NCBI GenBank assembly: GCA_016180865.1
Contig: JACPAJ010000012.1
Location: 1-43,280 of the forward strand
From: Deltaproteobacteria bacterium
Lineage (GTDB): Bacteria; UBA10199; GCA-002796325; 1-14-0-20-49-13
Reading direction: 5' to 3'
DNA: 43,280 nucleotides
Each line of letters starts with the position of its first letter. Within the stretch, counting starts at the first letter, position 1. The position numbers and the translations under genes are program-made. The notes beneath the pieces were generated by a model. That model was not told where the DNA came from. It made no database searches and saw nothing but the letters and a program-made list of their open reading frames with translations. Below, in pieces: positions 10,256 to 19,156 of this stretch.

Positions 10256-11625
10256 ATTTGTTTTGCAAACTCTTTCGCCATTTTCCAGATATCGCCGGCT
10301 CCTAAAAAGAGAATGATATCGCTGGAAGAGGCCATTTTCCTGCAGGCGTTAAACATCTCTCCCTTTTCTTCCGCATAAAGCGTGCGGTTATTTCCGCCGC
10401 GGTTTTTTGCAAGATTATCAAAAAGCGTTCTAGCCGTCACGGCGCCCACAGGTTTCTCTCCTGCCGCATAAACAGGCAGCAGTACCACAACATCCGGAAT
10501 GCTCAGCGCGGATACAAAACCGGCAAAAAGAGATGAAAGGCGCGTGAATCTGTGCGGCTGCATGACGCATATTATCCTTTTTCCCGGCCATCCTTTTTTT
10601 GCCGCGCTTAAAACAGCTTCAATTTCGCTTGGGTGATGAGCATAGTCCGTAACGATCGTCGGCGAATCGTCCCCGTTGCGAAGAATCTGAAACCGGCGCT
10701 CTATACCTTTGAACTTTACAAACCCCTGTCTGATTTTTGCGAAAGGAATATCAAGCTCTTTAGCCACGGCAACGGCCGCTAGAGCGTTTAGCACATTATG
10801 CATTCCCGGAGCTGCAAGGCTTACATTTCCCAAAACTTTTCCGCTTTCCTTCACTTCGAATTCCATCACCGGCCCCTTTTGAACAACTCCTTCCGCGCGG
10901 AAATCTCCGCTATCAATGCCATAGGTGACGACTTTTCTGGAAATTTCGGGCAGCAGCTTTTTGATCTCGGGATGATCGCTGCACGCAACAACCACTCCGT
11001 AAAAAGGAACTTTGTATGCAAAAGAAGCGTAAGTTTCCAATACATGCCCAAAATCGCGGTAATTTTCCATATGCTCGGGATCGATATTTGTGATTACAGC
11101 TATAGTCGGCGATAATTTCAAAAATGACCTGTCGGATTCGTCCGCCTCGGCAACAAGATATTCCCCCTTGCCGAGCTTTGCGTTGGTTCGGAAGCTGTTT
11201 ACTTTGCCGCCGATAACCATTGTCGGGTCGAGACCGGCGGCTGCCAGAATCGTGGCAATAAGTGACGTTGTTGTTGTTTTTCCATGCGTGCCGGCAACTG
11301 CAATGCCGTATTTCAAGCGCATCAGCTCAGCGAGCATTTCGGCCCTTGGAACAACGGGTATGGCCTTCTCTTTTGCGGCTTTAACCTCGGAATTGTCGTC
11401 GTGAACGGCGGACGAAATAACCACAACATGCGCAGAACCGATATTTTCTTTTTTGTGCCCGATCATAATTTTTGCGCCGCGCTTGGCAAGCTGCGCCGTG
11501 ACCGCGCTTCTTTTTAAATCGGAACCGGAAACGCTGTATCCAAGGGTCAAAAGAACCTGAGCGATTCCGCTCATCCCAATCCCTCCGATGCCGACAAAAT
11601 GAATATGCTGATACTTTTTAAACAT
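10252..11625 (-). CDS. murC: UDP-N-acetylmuramate--L-alanine ligase
   Basis: HFVGIGGIGMSGIA and GTHGKTTTT motifs. Start probably ATG 11625 (MFKKYQHIHF) rather than the track start at 11655. Confidence 0.93.
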   Translation of the reverse strand: MFKKYQHIHFVGIGGIGMSGIAQVLLTLGYSVSGSDLKRSAVTAQLAKRGAKIMIGHKKENIGSAHVVVISSAVHDDNSEVKAAKEKAIPVVPRAEMLAELMRLKYGIAVAGTHGKTTTTSLIATILAAAGLDPTMVIGGKVNSFRTNAKLGKGEYLVAEADESDRSFLKLSPTIAVITNIDPEHMENYRDFGHVLETYASFAYKVPFYGVVVACSDHPEIKKLLPEISRKVVTYGIDSGDFRAEGVVQKGPVMEFEVKESGKVLGNVSLAAPGMHNVLNALAAVAVAKELDIPFAKIRQGFVKFKGIERRFQILRNGDDSPTIVTDYAHHPSEIEAVLSAAKKGWPGKRIICVMQPHRFTRLSSLFAGFVSALSIPDVVVLLPVYAAGEKPVGAVTARTLFDNLAKNRGGNNRTLYAEEKGEMFNACRKMASSSDIILFLGAGDIWKMAKEFAKQI

Positions 11626-11630
11626 AAGCT

Positions 11631-12728
11631 TTATGGCGCAACCATTTTCATGCATTCATCAACAATAATTTTCGCCGCTTCGGGCTTTCCAAAGCGCTTC
11701 ATCGCAACGGCCATGGAAGAAAGCGCAAACGGCTCGTCAATGAGCCTCCTGATTTCCTGCGCAAGCGCCTCTCCGTTTAAATCCTTATCTTTAATAATAA
11801 CGCAAGCTCCCACATCGAAAAGGGCCTTTGCATTTGCGTCCTGATGATTATCGGCGGCAAAAGGGTATGGAATAAAAATCGCCGGCTTTCCGACAACGGT
11901 CAGTTCGGCCACGCTTGTGGCTCCGGCCCTGCAGATAACAAGGTCGGCCATGGAATAGGCCTTCCCCATATCTTCGATAAAATGATAAACTTCCGCAGAA
12001 AATCCTTTGGCTTTGTAAGCGGCGGAAAATCTATCCATATTTTCTATTCTGCCGATCTGATGAATAATATGAATATCTTCCCTTGCCTCCTCAAGATATC
12101 CGAGAGCCGAAAGGAAAGTTTCGTTTATTCTTTTCGCCCCCTGCGAACCTCCGAAAATAAGCAGGGTAAATCCCTTCTTTTTTACGGACGTTCCAAGCGC
12201 GGCGTCTTTTATTTTTTTGCGCACCGTATTTCCGGAATTAATTATCTTTCTTTTCGGGAAATATTTCGCCGATTCCTGAAATGTGATAAAAACTTTATCC
12301 ACAAAATGCCCCAATATCCTGTTTGTAAACCCCGCTATTGCGTTCTGCTCCATCGCAACGGACGGTATGCCGGTAAGCGCCGCCATTAGAGTAACAGGAC
12401 CTGCCGTATAGCCGCCAACGCCTATTACAATATGCGGTTTAACTTTTTTAAGCGCTCTTCTTGCCTCCAAAAAAGCCTTCGGCATATTCAAAAAAGCCCG
12501 CAATTTCCCAATAAGTCCGCTCCCTTTTAATGAAGGGACTTCCATTGTGATAAGATTCCACGCCGTATGTGGAATAACGCGCCCTTCCAACCCCCTTGAC
12601 GTTCCGACAAATGTAATTGCGGCGTCTTTATTGCGGAACGATATTTCTTCCGCAACCGCAACTGCCGGAAAGAAATGACCGCCCGTCCCGCCGCCCGCTA
12701 TGATAACTTTAAGCCCCATAACGCTCAT
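11631..12728 (-). CDS. murG: Undecaprenyldiphospho-muramoylpentapeptide beta-N-acetylglucosaminyltransferase
   Basis: GGTGGHFFPA N-terminal motif, 365 aa, dcw context. Confidence 0.93.
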   Translation of the reverse strand: MSVMGLKVIIAGGGTGGHFFPAVAVAEEISFRNKDAAITFVGTSRGLEGRVIPHTAWNLITMEVPSLKGSGLIGKLRAFLNMPKAFLEARRALKKVKPHIVIGVGGYTAGPVTLMAALTGIPSVAMEQNAIAGFTNRILGHFVDKVFITFQESAKYFPKRKIINSGNTVRKKIKDAALGTSVKKKGFTLLIFGGSQGAKRINETFLSALGYLEEAREDIHIIHQIGRIENMDRFSAAYKAKGFSAEVYHFIEDMGKAYSMADLVICRAGATSVAELTVVGKPAIFIPYPFAADNHQDANAKALFDVGACVIIKDKDLNGEALAQEIRRLIDEPFALSSMAVAMKRFGKPEAAKIIVDECMKMVAP

Positions 12729-13852
12729 GCCTCTTTCTTGTTAACTTTATAGCTTGAAATATTCAGCAAAACTCCGACAGCTATTAAAAAAGTCGTCAGG
12801 GCGCTGCCGCCGTAGCTTATAAACGGCAGCACAAGCCCTTTTGTCGGCAGCAGCCCCATTACAACGCTTATATTAAACAGCGCCTGCACGCCGATAAAAA
12901 CCGACAGCCCGAATGCCAAATAGCGGCTGAAAAGGTCGGGCGCTTTAAGCCCTATCAGCACCGCCCTCCAGAAAAAAACCATGAAGAGCCCTATTACCAA
13001 AAGAACGCCCAGCAATCCGAGCTCCTCCCCGAGAACCGAAAAGATAAAATCCGTATGAGCTTCCGGAAGATAAAAAAGTTTCTGCTGGCCCTCGCCAAGG
13101 CCCTTGCCGAAAACGCCGCCTTCGTTGAACGAAACAAGAGACTGTATGATTTGGAATCCGGTTCCATATCTGTCGCTCCACGGATCCAGAAAGGCCATTA
13201 TCCTTTTGCGCCGGTAGCCGACGGACGCCACAAGAAAATAAACTGCCGGCAGCGCGGAAAGAAGGCTTGCGCCGAGATAGCTTAATCTTACGCCGCCGAC
13301 AAACATCATCAGCCCGGTTATCACGCACAGCATAAAAGCAGCGCCTAGATCTTTCTGGACCAGAACCATTAATATCAAAACAGCCGCCACCGCAGCGTTT
13401 GAAACAAATCCTACGCCGAAACTTTTTATTCTGGAGGCCTTCTTTTCAAGCGAATACGCTAAAAATATAATCAGCGCAAATTTTGCGAATTCAGACGGCT
13501 GAAAAGTGACCGGCCCAAGCCGAATCCATCTTGAAGCTCCGCCGGCCGTGTTTTTGAGCCCGGGAACAAAAGAGAGGATAAGCATGATAAAAGCAAACCC
13601 GAGTATGGGATAAACCATTTTTTTCCAGAGCTGATAGGGAACTTTTGACGCTATAATCATCAGCGCAAATCCGATTCCGGCAAAAATAATTTCTTTCTTA
13701 AGGAAATAGTACCCGTCATTCATCCGTTCGCGCGCGAGTACCGCGCTTGAGCTGTAAACCATTATTACGCCGATCATCACAAGCATGGCGGTGACTATGA
13801 TCAGCACATAATCAAAATGGACTCTTTTTATGACTGCGTCGTTATCATTCAT
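12725..13852 (-). CDS. ftsW: Peptidoglycan glycosyltransferase FtsW (SEDS family)
   Basis: Polytopic membrane protein of FtsW/RodA type, between murD and murG. Confidence 0.9.
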   Translation of the reverse strand: MNDNDAVIKRVHFDYVLIIVTAMLVMIGVIMVYSSSAVLARERMNDGYYFLKKEIIFAGIGFALMIIASKVPYQLWKKMVYPILGFAFIMLILSFVPGLKNTAGGASRWIRLGPVTFQPSEFAKFALIIFLAYSLEKKASRIKSFGVGFVSNAAVAAVLILMVLVQKDLGAAFMLCVITGLMMFVGGVRLSYLGASLLSALPAVYFLVASVGYRRKRIMAFLDPWSDRYGTGFQIIQSLVSFNEGGVFGKGLGEGQQKLFYLPEAHTDFIFSVLGEELGLLGVLLVIGLFMVFFWRAVLIGLKAPDLFSRYLAFGLSVFIGVQALFNISVVMGLLPTKGLVLPFISYGGSALTTFLIAVGVLLNISSYKVNKKEA

Positions 13853-13857
13853 ACGAG

Positions 13858-15084
13858 CTATAATTTATTAACCTCTTCGGCGAATTTATCGCCTCTCTCG
13901 GCGTAATCTTTAAACATGTCCAGGCTTGAGCATGCCGGAGAAAGAAGCACGACATCCCCTTTAAGAGCTCGGGCCGCGGCCTCCCTCACCGCCGCGGCCA
14001 TTGAGTCGACCAATACCGTCTCCGTTAAAGCTCCAAGCTCCCCTGCTATTTTTTCGCGCGCCGCTCCCATTAAAATAAGAGCCTTTACCTTGTTTTTTAC
14101 CGGCTCTTTCAGCGGATTATAACTTCCGCCTTTATCAAGCCCGCCGGCTATCAGAACAACTTTCGAATCGAAACCTTCGAGAGATTTTACAACTGCGCCG
14201 ACATTCGTCCCTTTCGAATCGTCGAAATATTTCACTCCGCCGATTTCGCGCACAAACTGATTCCGGTGCGGCAGCCCGCTGAACGTTTCAGCCGCGCGCT
14301 GGATAGATTTTGCATCGCATCCGCAGATAAAAGCTGCCGCTGCCGCAGCATACATATTTTCTTTATTGTGAGCGCCGGTCATTTTCATCTTATCAATAAT
14401 AGCTGAATATTTCGCTTCGATCTTTTTTGCGGAAAAACCCGTTTTCTTTGCGGAGGAGGCGCCGGCTATTTTCGCCGCAATAGAATCATCCGCATTATAA
14501 ATAAAATAATCCGCGACCGTGAGATTCTTTATGATTAGAGCCTTTGCATCGATATATTCCTGCATGCCGGCATATCTATCAAGATGGTCCGGCGTAACGT
14601 TCAGAAGAACGGCAACGTGCGGATGGAAAGTAGGGCTGATCTCAAGCTGATAACTCGAAACCTCCAGCACGACATAGTCCGCGCCTTTGATATTTGCGGC
14701 CATATCCAGCAAAGGCGTGCCTAAATTTCCTCCAACCGGCGCTTTTTTGCCGGCAGCCTTTAACATTTCTCCTATCAGGGTCGTAACGGTTGATTTGCCG
14801 TTTGTGCCGGTAATTGCAACTATCGGCGCGTCAAATTTTAAAAGTTCCATTTCGCCTACAATAGGCTTTCCCATCGCTCTCGCTCTTTTTATTCCGTCGA
14901 GCGTCAGCGGAACTCCCGGGCTTGGAATAATAATGTCGGCTTCTTCAAAAAGATTACTAGGATGCTTTCCAAAGCGATCGTCCGTAACAGTCACAAGCGC
15001 GCCTTGTTCAAGGCAATAGCGCTTTGCGGCCTGCCCGGATTTTCCAAAACCTACTATCAATATTTTTTTCCCTATTAAATCCAT
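13858..15084 (-). CDS. murD: UDP-N-acetylmuramoylalanine--D-glutamate ligase
   Basis: Rossmann N-terminus (VGFGKSG) and Mur ligase P-loop GTNGKST. Confidence 0.93.
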   Translation of the reverse strand: MDLIGKKILIVGFGKSGQAAKRYCLEQGALVTVTDDRFGKHPSNLFEEADIIIPSPGVPLTLDGIKRARAMGKPIVGEMELLKFDAPIVAITGTNGKSTVTTLIGEMLKAAGKKAPVGGNLGTPLLDMAANIKGADYVVLEVSSYQLEISPTFHPHVAVLLNVTPDHLDRYAGMQEYIDAKALIIKNLTVADYFIYNADDSIAAKIAGASSAKKTGFSAKKIEAKYSAIIDKMKMTGAHNKENMYAAAAAAFICGCDAKSIQRAAETFSGLPHRNQFVREIGGVKYFDDSKGTNVGAVVKSLEGFDSKVVLIAGGLDKGGSYNPLKEPVKNKVKALILMGAAREKIAGELGALTETVLVDSMAAAVREAAARALKGDVVLLSPACSSLDMFKDYAERGDKFAEEVNKL

Positions 15085-15104
15085 CTCCCCATCTCCCCAT
15101 CTTG

Positions 15105-16184
15105 CTAGCGCAGCTTCAACGTTGACAAACTAAGCAAAGCCAGTATCAGCGCAATAATCCAAAAACGGACAATCACCTTCGATTCTTTCCACCCTTTCAA
15201 CTCAAAATGATGATGCAGCGGAGCCATTCTAAAAACCCTTTTCCCCGTCAATTTGAACGAAATAACCTGAGTGATGACAGAAACCGTCTCCAGCATAAAA
15301 ATCCCGCCCACAAGCGTCAGCAAAAGCTCATTTTTCGTAATTACAGCTATCATTCCCAAAACAGCGCCCAATGGAAGCGCCCCGACATCGCCCATAAAAA
15401 TATCGGCCGGCTGTGCATTGAACCATAAAAAACCTATCAGCGCCCCCATAATGCCGCCGCAAATTATCGTAAGCTCGCCGGCTCCCGGAATAAAAGGAAC
15501 CGCAAGATACGAAGCCATCTTCATGTGGCCGGCTGTGTATGAAAGAATCGCATATGCAAAAAACGCCATGATTGCCGGAACCGCGACAAGGCCGTCCAGC
15601 CCGTCGGTCAAATTGACGGCGTTGGATGTGCCGACAACAATAAATGACGCAAGAGCGACAAATGCCGTGGTGCTTAGAAGCGGATAAAATGATTTAACGA
15701 ACGGAACGGCCAGATGCCTGTCGAAGCCGAGGCCGTCAAAAAGAAACAGGCACGCGAACAGCGCAACGCCGACCTGCAGCGGAAATTTATATCTGGCGCG
15801 AAGCCCGTGAGAATCCCGCAGTATTATTTTTCGGTAATCATCCAGAAAGCCTATCAAAGCATAGGCAATGCCAACGCCCATCACAATAAAAACATACGGA
15901 TTGTCGAGCCTTGCCCACATAATTGTCGCAAATAAAACCCCCGCCCATATGAGCAGTCCGCCCATTGTGGGAGTTTTGCCTTTTTGAAGATGCATAATCG
16001 GGCCATCATCCCTGATCGACTGCCAGAATTGTTTTCTCTGCATGTAAGCGATCAAAAAGCGGCCGAAGACAAAATAAATTATCATCGCCGTAAACATCGC
16101 CGCAAACGTGCGGAATGTTATATAGCGAAAAACATTAAAGGCGGCAAACTGGTCGTGCAGCGGATAAAGCAAATGATATAACAT
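15105..16184 (-). CDS. mraY: Phospho-N-acetylmuramoyl-pentapeptide transferase
   Basis: 359-aa polytopic protein with typical MraY motifs (NAVNLTDGLDGL, HHHFE). Confidence 0.95.
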   Translation of the reverse strand: MLYHLLYPLHDQFAAFNVFRYITFRTFAAMFTAMIIYFVFGRFLIAYMQRKQFWQSIRDDGPIMHLQKGKTPTMGGLLIWAGVLFATIMWARLDNPYVFIVMGVGIAYALIGFLDDYRKIILRDSHGLRARYKFPLQVGVALFACLFLFDGLGFDRHLAVPFVKSFYPLLSTTAFVALASFIVVGTSNAVNLTDGLDGLVAVPAIMAFFAYAILSYTAGHMKMASYLAVPFIPGAGELTIICGGIMGALIGFLWFNAQPADIFMGDVGALPLGAVLGMIAVITKNELLLTLVGGIFMLETVSVITQVISFKLTGKRVFRMAPLHHHFELKGWKESKVIVRFWIIALILALLSLSTLKLR

Positions 16185-16187
16185 TGT

Positions 16188-17624
16188 TTAAACTCCCACG
16201 TTGTCCTTCAAATATTCAACCACCTGTTCCATCCTCATTCCCCGCGAACCCTTCACAAGAACGATATCGCCGGTTTTTATTTCGGAAATAACAAGCTTTT
16301 TCAGCTCTTCCGCATCGGCCGCAACTGCAACATTCGCGCTGTCCATGCCGTTTTTACGAGCCCCGTCGGCGACATCTTTCGCATAGCTGCCCGTCACAAA
16401 AAGTTTTGCGACTCCGAACGATGCCGCGTTTTTTCCAAGCTCCGAATGTTTTTCGGATGAAGCTTCTCCGAGTCCCAGCATATCTCCAAGCACGGCAATA
16501 AACCTTCCCGCTCTTTTGGCTCCGCTCACTGTTCTAAAAGCGGCATGCATCGATGAAGGATTGGCGTTGTAACTGTCATTTATAAGCTGGACTCCGTTTG
16601 CAAGCTGCACTCTTTCCATCCTCATTTTCATCTTTGAAAAATTTTCGAGGCCGCTGATCATGCTGTCTGCAGATGCGCCTGCCGCAATGCCTGCGGACAC
16701 GGCAGCCAGCGCGTTCATCACATTATGGACACCCGGCACGGGCAGCGTCATCGAGTATTCTTTTTCCCCGACATAAAAAGTGAGGCCGACTTTATCAAGG
16801 CCTTCCGAAATCATTCTTCCAAATCGCACGTCACAGTTATTCTGCATGCCGAAATAAATTTTATTCCCCTTATATTTTTTGGATAAACTGACCACCCACG
16901 GATCTTCCGCATTAACTACAATTGTTCCATCAGGATCCATCGCCTCAAACAGTTCCCCTTTGGCTAAAGCTACATTTTCGACAGTATGCAGCTTTTCAAG
17001 ATGCGCCGGGTTGACATTTGTAATGAGCCCGATGGTTGGTCTGGCTATTTCAGTTAAAGTTTTAATTTCGCCCTTGGCGCTCATTCCCATTTCAAGCACG
17101 GCTATTTCGGTTTCAGGCGTTATTCTCATTGCCTGCAGCGGAAGGCCTATTAGATTATTAAAATTCCCTTCGGTTTTAATAGTTTTCCGCGTCGCGGAAA
17201 GAGCGCTGGCTATCATCTCTTTTGTCGTCGACTTTCCGTTTGATCCGGTCACGGCAATAACCGTGCACTTAACTTTGTTCCGCCAGCATGAAGCAATATC
17301 GCCAAGCGCATGGATTGTATCGTCAACCTCCAGTATCCAGAAGTCGGAAGTCAGAAGACAGACGTCGGAAGTCTGATGTCTGATGTCCGATGTCCGACGT
17401 CCGATGTCTGTCTTCTGACTTCGAACTGCTCCACATGCCCCCTTATCCATGGCTTGCCCCACAAAATCATGCCCGTCAAAGTGCGGCCCTTTAATCGCAA
17501 TAAATAAATCCCCCTTTTTAAGGGTGCGCGTATCGATCGATACGCCTGTAATCTGCGATACATTTCCCTTTTGCATCACTTCGGCATCGACCGCCTTCGC
17601 TATTTCATCTATTTTCAATTCCAT
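16188..17624 (-). CDS. murF: UDP-N-acetylmuramoyl-tripeptide--D-alanyl-D-alanine ligase, carrying an in-frame repeat insertion
   Basis: Mur ligase P-loop GSNGKST and colinearity with E. coli MurF, except for about 20 extra residues (see the repeat at 17338..17425). Confidence 0.92.
   Translation of the reverse strand: MELKIDEIAKAVDAEVMQKGNVSQITGVSIDTRTLKKGDLFIAIKGPHFDGHDFVGQAMDKGACGAVRSQKTDIGRRTSDIRHQTSDVCLLTSDFWILEVDDTIHALGDIASCWRNKVKCTVIAVTGSNGKSTTKEMIASALSATRKTIKTEGNFNNLIGLPLQAMRITPETEIAVLEMGMSAKGEIKTLTEIARPTIGLITNVNPAHLEKLHTVENVALAKGELFEAMDPDGTIVVNAEDPWVVSLSKKYKGNKIYFGMQNNCDVRFGRMISEGLDKVGLTFYVGEKEYSMTLPVPGVHNVMNALAAVSAGIAAGASADSMISGLENFSKMKMRMERVQLANGVQLINDSYNANPSSMHAAFRTVSGAKRAGRFIAVLGDMLGLGEASSEKHSELGKNAASFGVAKLFVTGSYAKDVADGARKNGMDSANVAVAADAEELKKLVISEIKTGDIVLVKGSRGMRMEQVVEYLKDNVGV
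17338..17425. repeat. Heptamer-periodic palindromic element inserted in frame in murF
   Basis: Arms at 17347..17369 and 17400..17422 are reverse complements, 22 of 23 nt. The whole tract is built of 7-nt units (CGGACAT, CAGACAT, CTGACTT and similar). It is translated as QKTDIGR-RTSDIRH-QTSDVCL-LTSDFWI. Confidence 0.85.
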
Positions 17625-17627
17625 AAT

Positions 17628-19145
17628 TTACACATCCCTCGACAAGCTCGGGACAAGCTTGCGCACTTCTTCCCTGTCGTCAAAATGCCGGACTTCTTTT
17701 CCGACTATCTGATAAGTTTCATGCCCTTTGCCGGCTATAAGAACAATATCCCCTTCCTGCGCTTTTTCTATCGCGCAGCAAATTGCTTTTTTTCTGTCCT
17801 CTTCCACAAGATAACCGTGCCCGTTTGCCCCAAGAGTTTTCAGGCCGGATTTTTTTATCCCTGCTAGAATATCGGAAATAATTTTCGATGGATCTTCCGT
17901 CCTTGGATTGTCGCTTGTTACAATCACGATATCGCCCAAACTTGCGGCAACATTTCCCATAACCGGTCTTTTTGCTCTATCGCGGTCGCCTCCGCATCCA
18001 AAAACAATGATCAACTTGCCATGTGTCAGATTTTTAAGTGTTTCCGAAACCTTTTTGATTGCATCCGGCGTATGAGCATAATCGACAAAAACAGAAAACC
18101 CCTTTGGCGATCTTATCTCTTCAAGGCGCCCCGGAACAGAATCAAGAAGCTCGATTCCGTTTTTGATTTTTTCCAGCGGCACGCCGAGGCCTCCAAGAAG
18201 CGCTGTGGCGGCGGCAATATTTTGAGCGTTGAAATCTCCTTTAAGGCTCGTAAAACAACCAAGCGTTCCCCACGGCGACTTTATTTTAAGGCTGCTGCCG
18301 CCTTTCAAAGCTTTAAACTCCTCCACAAAAACATCCGCTTTGCTATTCGCGCCGAAAGAGAATGTATCAATTCCTTTATGTCTTTTTGCCGCGGCAAGAA
18401 TTTTCTGGCCGTACGGATCAAATGCGTTTGCAACCGCAACTTTTTGTTTTTTGGAAGATGCAGGCAGAAATTCCGAAAAAAGCAGGCTCTTGGCCTTGAA
18501 ATAGCCTTCCAAACCGTCATGATAATCCAAGTGATCATGGCTCAAGTTTGTAAAAAGCGCCGCGTCAAATTCTATCCCCTCTACGCGCCGCTGCTCGAGA
18601 GCGTGCGAAGAAACCTCCATAACAACATCTTTAACCGCAGCTTTCTGCATTTTACTCAATAATTTATGGAGATCATAGGACATCGGCGTGGTGTTTTGCG
18701 ATTCCAATTGGACGTCTTTATACCGGCAGTTGACTGTTCCGATGACTCCGGGATCGCGTTTCAAGCATTTTAACACCGATTCGATGATGTAAGTGATTGT
18801 AGTTTTGCCGTTAGTGCCCGTTATGCCCATTATTCTCATCATGGCTGACGGATTGCCGAAAAATTCGGATGATATTCTTGCAAGAGCGAGCGAAGTATCG
18901 GAGACAACTATATTGCAGGTTCCTTCCAGCGATCTGATCGGATGATCGCTCACTATGGCAGCCGCTCCTGCCCTGCAGGCTTCATTTATAAACTGGTGGC
19001 CGTCCGCGCGCGTGCCGCGAATCGCGACGAAGCAGGAGCCTTTTTTGACCCGTGCCGAATTATAGGCAATATCTTTTATATCGACATCGGAGAAGCCTAT
19101 AACCTCCTCGTGCTCCAGTTTTTTTATTAAATCTTTAACTTTCAT
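17628..19145 (-). CDS. murE: UDP-N-acetylmuramoyl-L-alanyl-D-glutamate--2,6-diaminopimelate ligase
   Basis: GTNGKTT P-loop and the DNPR motif (TSDNPRTEDP) typical of meso-DAP-adding MurE. Confidence 0.93.
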   Translation of the reverse strand: MKVKDLIKKLEHEEVIGFSDVDIKDIAYNSARVKKGSCFVAIRGTRADGHQFINEACRAGAAAIVSDHPIRSLEGTCNIVVSDTSLALARISSEFFGNPSAMMRIMGITGTNGKTTITYIIESVLKCLKRDPGVIGTVNCRYKDVQLESQNTTPMSYDLHKLLSKMQKAAVKDVVMEVSSHALEQRRVEGIEFDAALFTNLSHDHLDYHDGLEGYFKAKSLLFSEFLPASSKKQKVAVANAFDPYGQKILAAAKRHKGIDTFSFGANSKADVFVEEFKALKGGSSLKIKSPWGTLGCFTSLKGDFNAQNIAAATALLGGLGVPLEKIKNGIELLDSVPGRLEEIRSPKGFSVFVDYAHTPDAIKKVSETLKNLTHGKLIIVFGCGGDRDRAKRPVMGNVAASLGDIVIVTSDNPRTEDPSKIISDILAGIKKSGLKTLGANGHGYLVEEDRKKAICCAIEKAQEGDIVLIAGKGHETYQIVGKEVRHFDDREEVRKLVPSLSRDV

Positions 19146-19156
19146 TTTATCGTCTT

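Noticed and set aside
17338-17425. CRISPR-like or other spaced-repeat array, considered for the murF, ftsQ-ftsA and synthetase repeats.
   Set aside because: The units are 7 nt or single palindromes, with no repeat-spacer alternation, no cas genes, and a location inside open reading frames.
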